NCBI GenBank assembly: GCA_965644295.1
Contig: CBFFRP010000406.1
Location: forward strand, 186,001 to 250,000
DNA: 64,000 bases
Direction of reading: 5' to 3'
Origin: Paraphysomonas bandaiensis
Taxonomy: Eukaryota > Protista > Chrysophyceae
Made by a program: the position numbers and the translations under genes. The notes below the pieces were generated by a model. It was not told the origin of the DNA, did no database searches, and was given only the letters and a program-made list of their open reading frames with translations. Positions 61,600 through 64,000 of the stretch are shown piece by piece (positions within the stretch are counted from its first letter, which is position 1; each line of letters begins with the position of its first letter).

Positions 61600-62760
61600 T
61601 CTGCAGCCTCTGTTTTTGAGCATGTTTATCCCTCCATTGTAGAGAGGAGCAGAATCTTGGTGACAGGTTTTTCTAGTTTGTGGAACTGATGTTCAAGTAA
61701 TGAGGTGGAAATGTTGCAGCCGAAGGCGTTTGCTAGTTGCGATGCGGTGAGGTGACCGGTCCAGTATCTTTCAACTTGAGGTGTGGTAGGATCCCATGCG
61801 GCCCTTGCCATTTTGGTCAGGGCGTTGTGGAACCATGGAGGAGGGTGTCTTTGCCTATGGAGTTTGTCAAGTTGTGTTTGCTGTGTTTGGAAGGCGTGTT
61901 CACGTATTTGAGCAACTTCCGGGTGTGTGCATTGGAGGAGCATGTGTGCCATCATGTTGTCCGTTGTGTAGTCACAGTCTGTACATTTGGCGGCTGTTGT
62001 GAGGCCGTCTCCGATTTTGCCCTTGGCTCGATTTCTGCCGATTGCGTAGGATTTGTCCCACACATATGCAGTTTCGCGTATGCGGTCTTGGAATGAGACG
62101 TAGTATTTGGGGGAATTATTGGTGCGGAGGGGGTGAAGTTTGTGCGGAAGCCTGATACCACTACATGTCCAATACTGTGGGTCTCGGCTTGTACGTGTGG
62201 CGTACGTGCCGTCTCTCGTGAGTGTGTATTGGTGGAGGTCTCATTGGTGTTGGAGTTCGGTGACGTCCCCTAGCATGGGGCCACTGTCTGTGAGAAGATA
62301 TTTGTCGTATCTCCTCCAGTGCCATTGTTGGCCAGTAGTGAGGAATTGTTCTAGGAGGTGTGTGATTTCAGTTGCGACCACGCTGTAGTTGGTGGCGTCT
62401 AGTATTTTGTTGATCGTTGTTCAATCTCCACAGGCGGCCGCGTCAGCTATGTAGATGCCATGGTCGCTGTAGGTCCACTTACTTTGGGCTTGCGTTCTCG
62501 GCGTTCGGGGTGGGAACGGACCCATTTGATTGGACGCTGTTTGTGATGTTCTTTGGCAAGGCATTCGTAGAAGATGCCCTGGGGCTTTGTGCCGAGTGCT
62601 CGCCTCCTGCTTGAGACCCCGTTGTGCGTGGCATTCTGGGTGTGTGAGTCTCCTAGTAGATGGGCAGGGGTGAGATTGGTGCGAGTGAAGGAGCCATCGG
62701 TGAAGATGGCTTGATATTCGTGTGGGCGATCATCGTACAGTTGGAGTTGGGATCGGTCGT
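61600..62760 (-). mobile_element. Degraded non-LTR (LINE-like) retrotransposon 3' fragment
   Basis: HEYQAIFTDGSFT (RNase H motif, ~62685-62722) and C-terminal zinc finger CTDCDYTTDNMMAHMLLQC (ORF 61626-62063). Frames are broken and composition differs from neighbours. Confidence 0.72.
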
Positions 62761-63777
62761 GCTCCTAAAGGTGGGAGGCCGACATGAGGACTCATGTCAC
62801 CTATCTCTACAAGTATTAAATGAAAAAGGAATCTGAAAGGGCCAGTGTGTCAAGCATATTCAAGTTAGACTGAAGCATATTGCCGTAAAGAAGAACACAA
62901 ATGCTGTCATTTCAGGAAATAGTAATTGAAGTTCATAAATCTTTGAAATTCGTTTACAGAAAATGATTCATAATAGAGCCCCTCCTTCCTATACACAACA
63001 TTTGAGTCAGTTGCACTAGCAGGGTTAAGCGTGACAGCAAGAAGCCTCGTGCGATAACAATCATGCACACTGATCATCACATCTATTGACGAATATCATT
63101 AGCTCGCAATTGCTATTCCCTCAGCATACCTTACGCGGTGGGGGCATTTGTCGATGCTATTATTGAAATTTGGGGGTTCATTGTTTTCAGTTAATCCACA
63201 GTGCAGTCACCCCTATGAGCTTATGTACGATCCCATTGATTAGAAACAATGCGTGAATCATGTTAATCAGGGACATCACTATATGTATGAGGTTGACATC
63301 ATCGTGATGACAGGCTGTATAAGAGTATCGTCCCTTCACGAACTTTAAAACACGGGCTACTTGTCTGCTTTCAGCCTCCTTATAACCCCGCTACATCTAA
63401 CCACAGCCCGGTTCTATGCGGATACAGTACAGTGCCGGATACCATCCATGAACTTCCACTTCCACATCTAGACATCCAGTGCCTGCGGTATTATGCATGA
63501 TGGGATACAGATACGGATACAGTATAGTAGGAATTCCTTCACTTGAACACTGCAATGAGGATGCCATTGCTATAAATATAAATACAGTATTCAGTGCTGC
63601 TGTATACCATTGTATACCTCTGTATACTATATGTACATATGTCTCTATAGAGTGCAGCAGTGTGGTGTATATCAGTACGACATATCAGTTCAGTTCTCAA
63701 CTGACAAGAGAACGACTGCTTCCTATGCAATCCACAGCCAGATAGGCACACAACATGCATTAAACTGTCTTATAACG

Positions 63778-64000
63778 ATGAACGCTCATGCTCAGCCTGT
63801 GTTTATCTTCAAAATCCTTTTAGTTGGTTCAGTTAACAGCAATAAAACCAGCTTTCTAGTGCGTTATGCTAATGGGCGAACACCTGTCCAAATTCCGACT
63901 ATTGGAATCGACTTTAAGATCAAGAGTATACTAGTAGATCAGCGCATTGTGAAGCTTCATGTATGGGATACTTTACATTGCGATAGATTCCGTCCATCCT
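63778..64000 (+). CDS. Atypical Rab-like small GTPase (Rab8/Rab1-like switch I), truncated by window end; not in the ORF track
   Basis: Hand translation: MNAHAQPVFIFKILLVGSVNSNKTSFLVRYANGRTPVQIPTIGIDFKIKSILVDQRIVKLHVWDTLHCDRFRPS. Confidence 0.75.
   Translation, partial: MNAHAQPVFIFKILLVGSVNSNKTSFLVRYANGRTPVQIPTIGIDFKIKSILVDQRIVKLHVWDTLHCDRFRPS

Noticed and set aside
1-64000. Alternative genetic code or non-canonical introns
   Set aside because: The ORF breaks I checked in host genes resolve with short GT-AG introns under the standard code. No tRNA or rRNA genes were recognised either.

Overview
Gene-dense eukaryotic nuclear DNA with many short (about 45-65 nt) GT-AG introns. It is very probably a flagellated stramenopile, inferred from a tubular-mastigoneme/Sig1-type EGF protein. 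There are about 14 host genes: ZNF598/Hel2-like (5' end outside the window), a roughly 3,600-aa multi-C2 + SAM + EF-hand protein with seven near-identical tandem C2 repeats, ERGIC/Erv41-46-like, 5'-nucleotidase, ATAD3, SNF7/CHMP4, mastigoneme-like EGF protein, MCTP-like C1/C2 protein, a tandem-WW + NELF-C/D (TH1) fusion, UFD2/UBE4, SDHAF3, HRD1, ankyrin-PP2C, and a motif-degenerate Rab-like ORF running off the end. Ten of these form five head-to-head pairs whose shared upstream gaps carry clusters of CTGTA/TACAG/GTAC/GTATAC/CACAG words. Mobile DNA sits downstream of gene 3' ends. It includes a young Ty1/copia element (truncated 5' LTR, non-canonical LTR end, tRNA-iMet-type PBS, one frameshift), copia and LINE relics, a palindromic MITE in two copies, a three-copy dispersed repeat and a hAT-like end. 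All calls are by-eye motif recognition. No database searches were run and exon boundaries are approximate.
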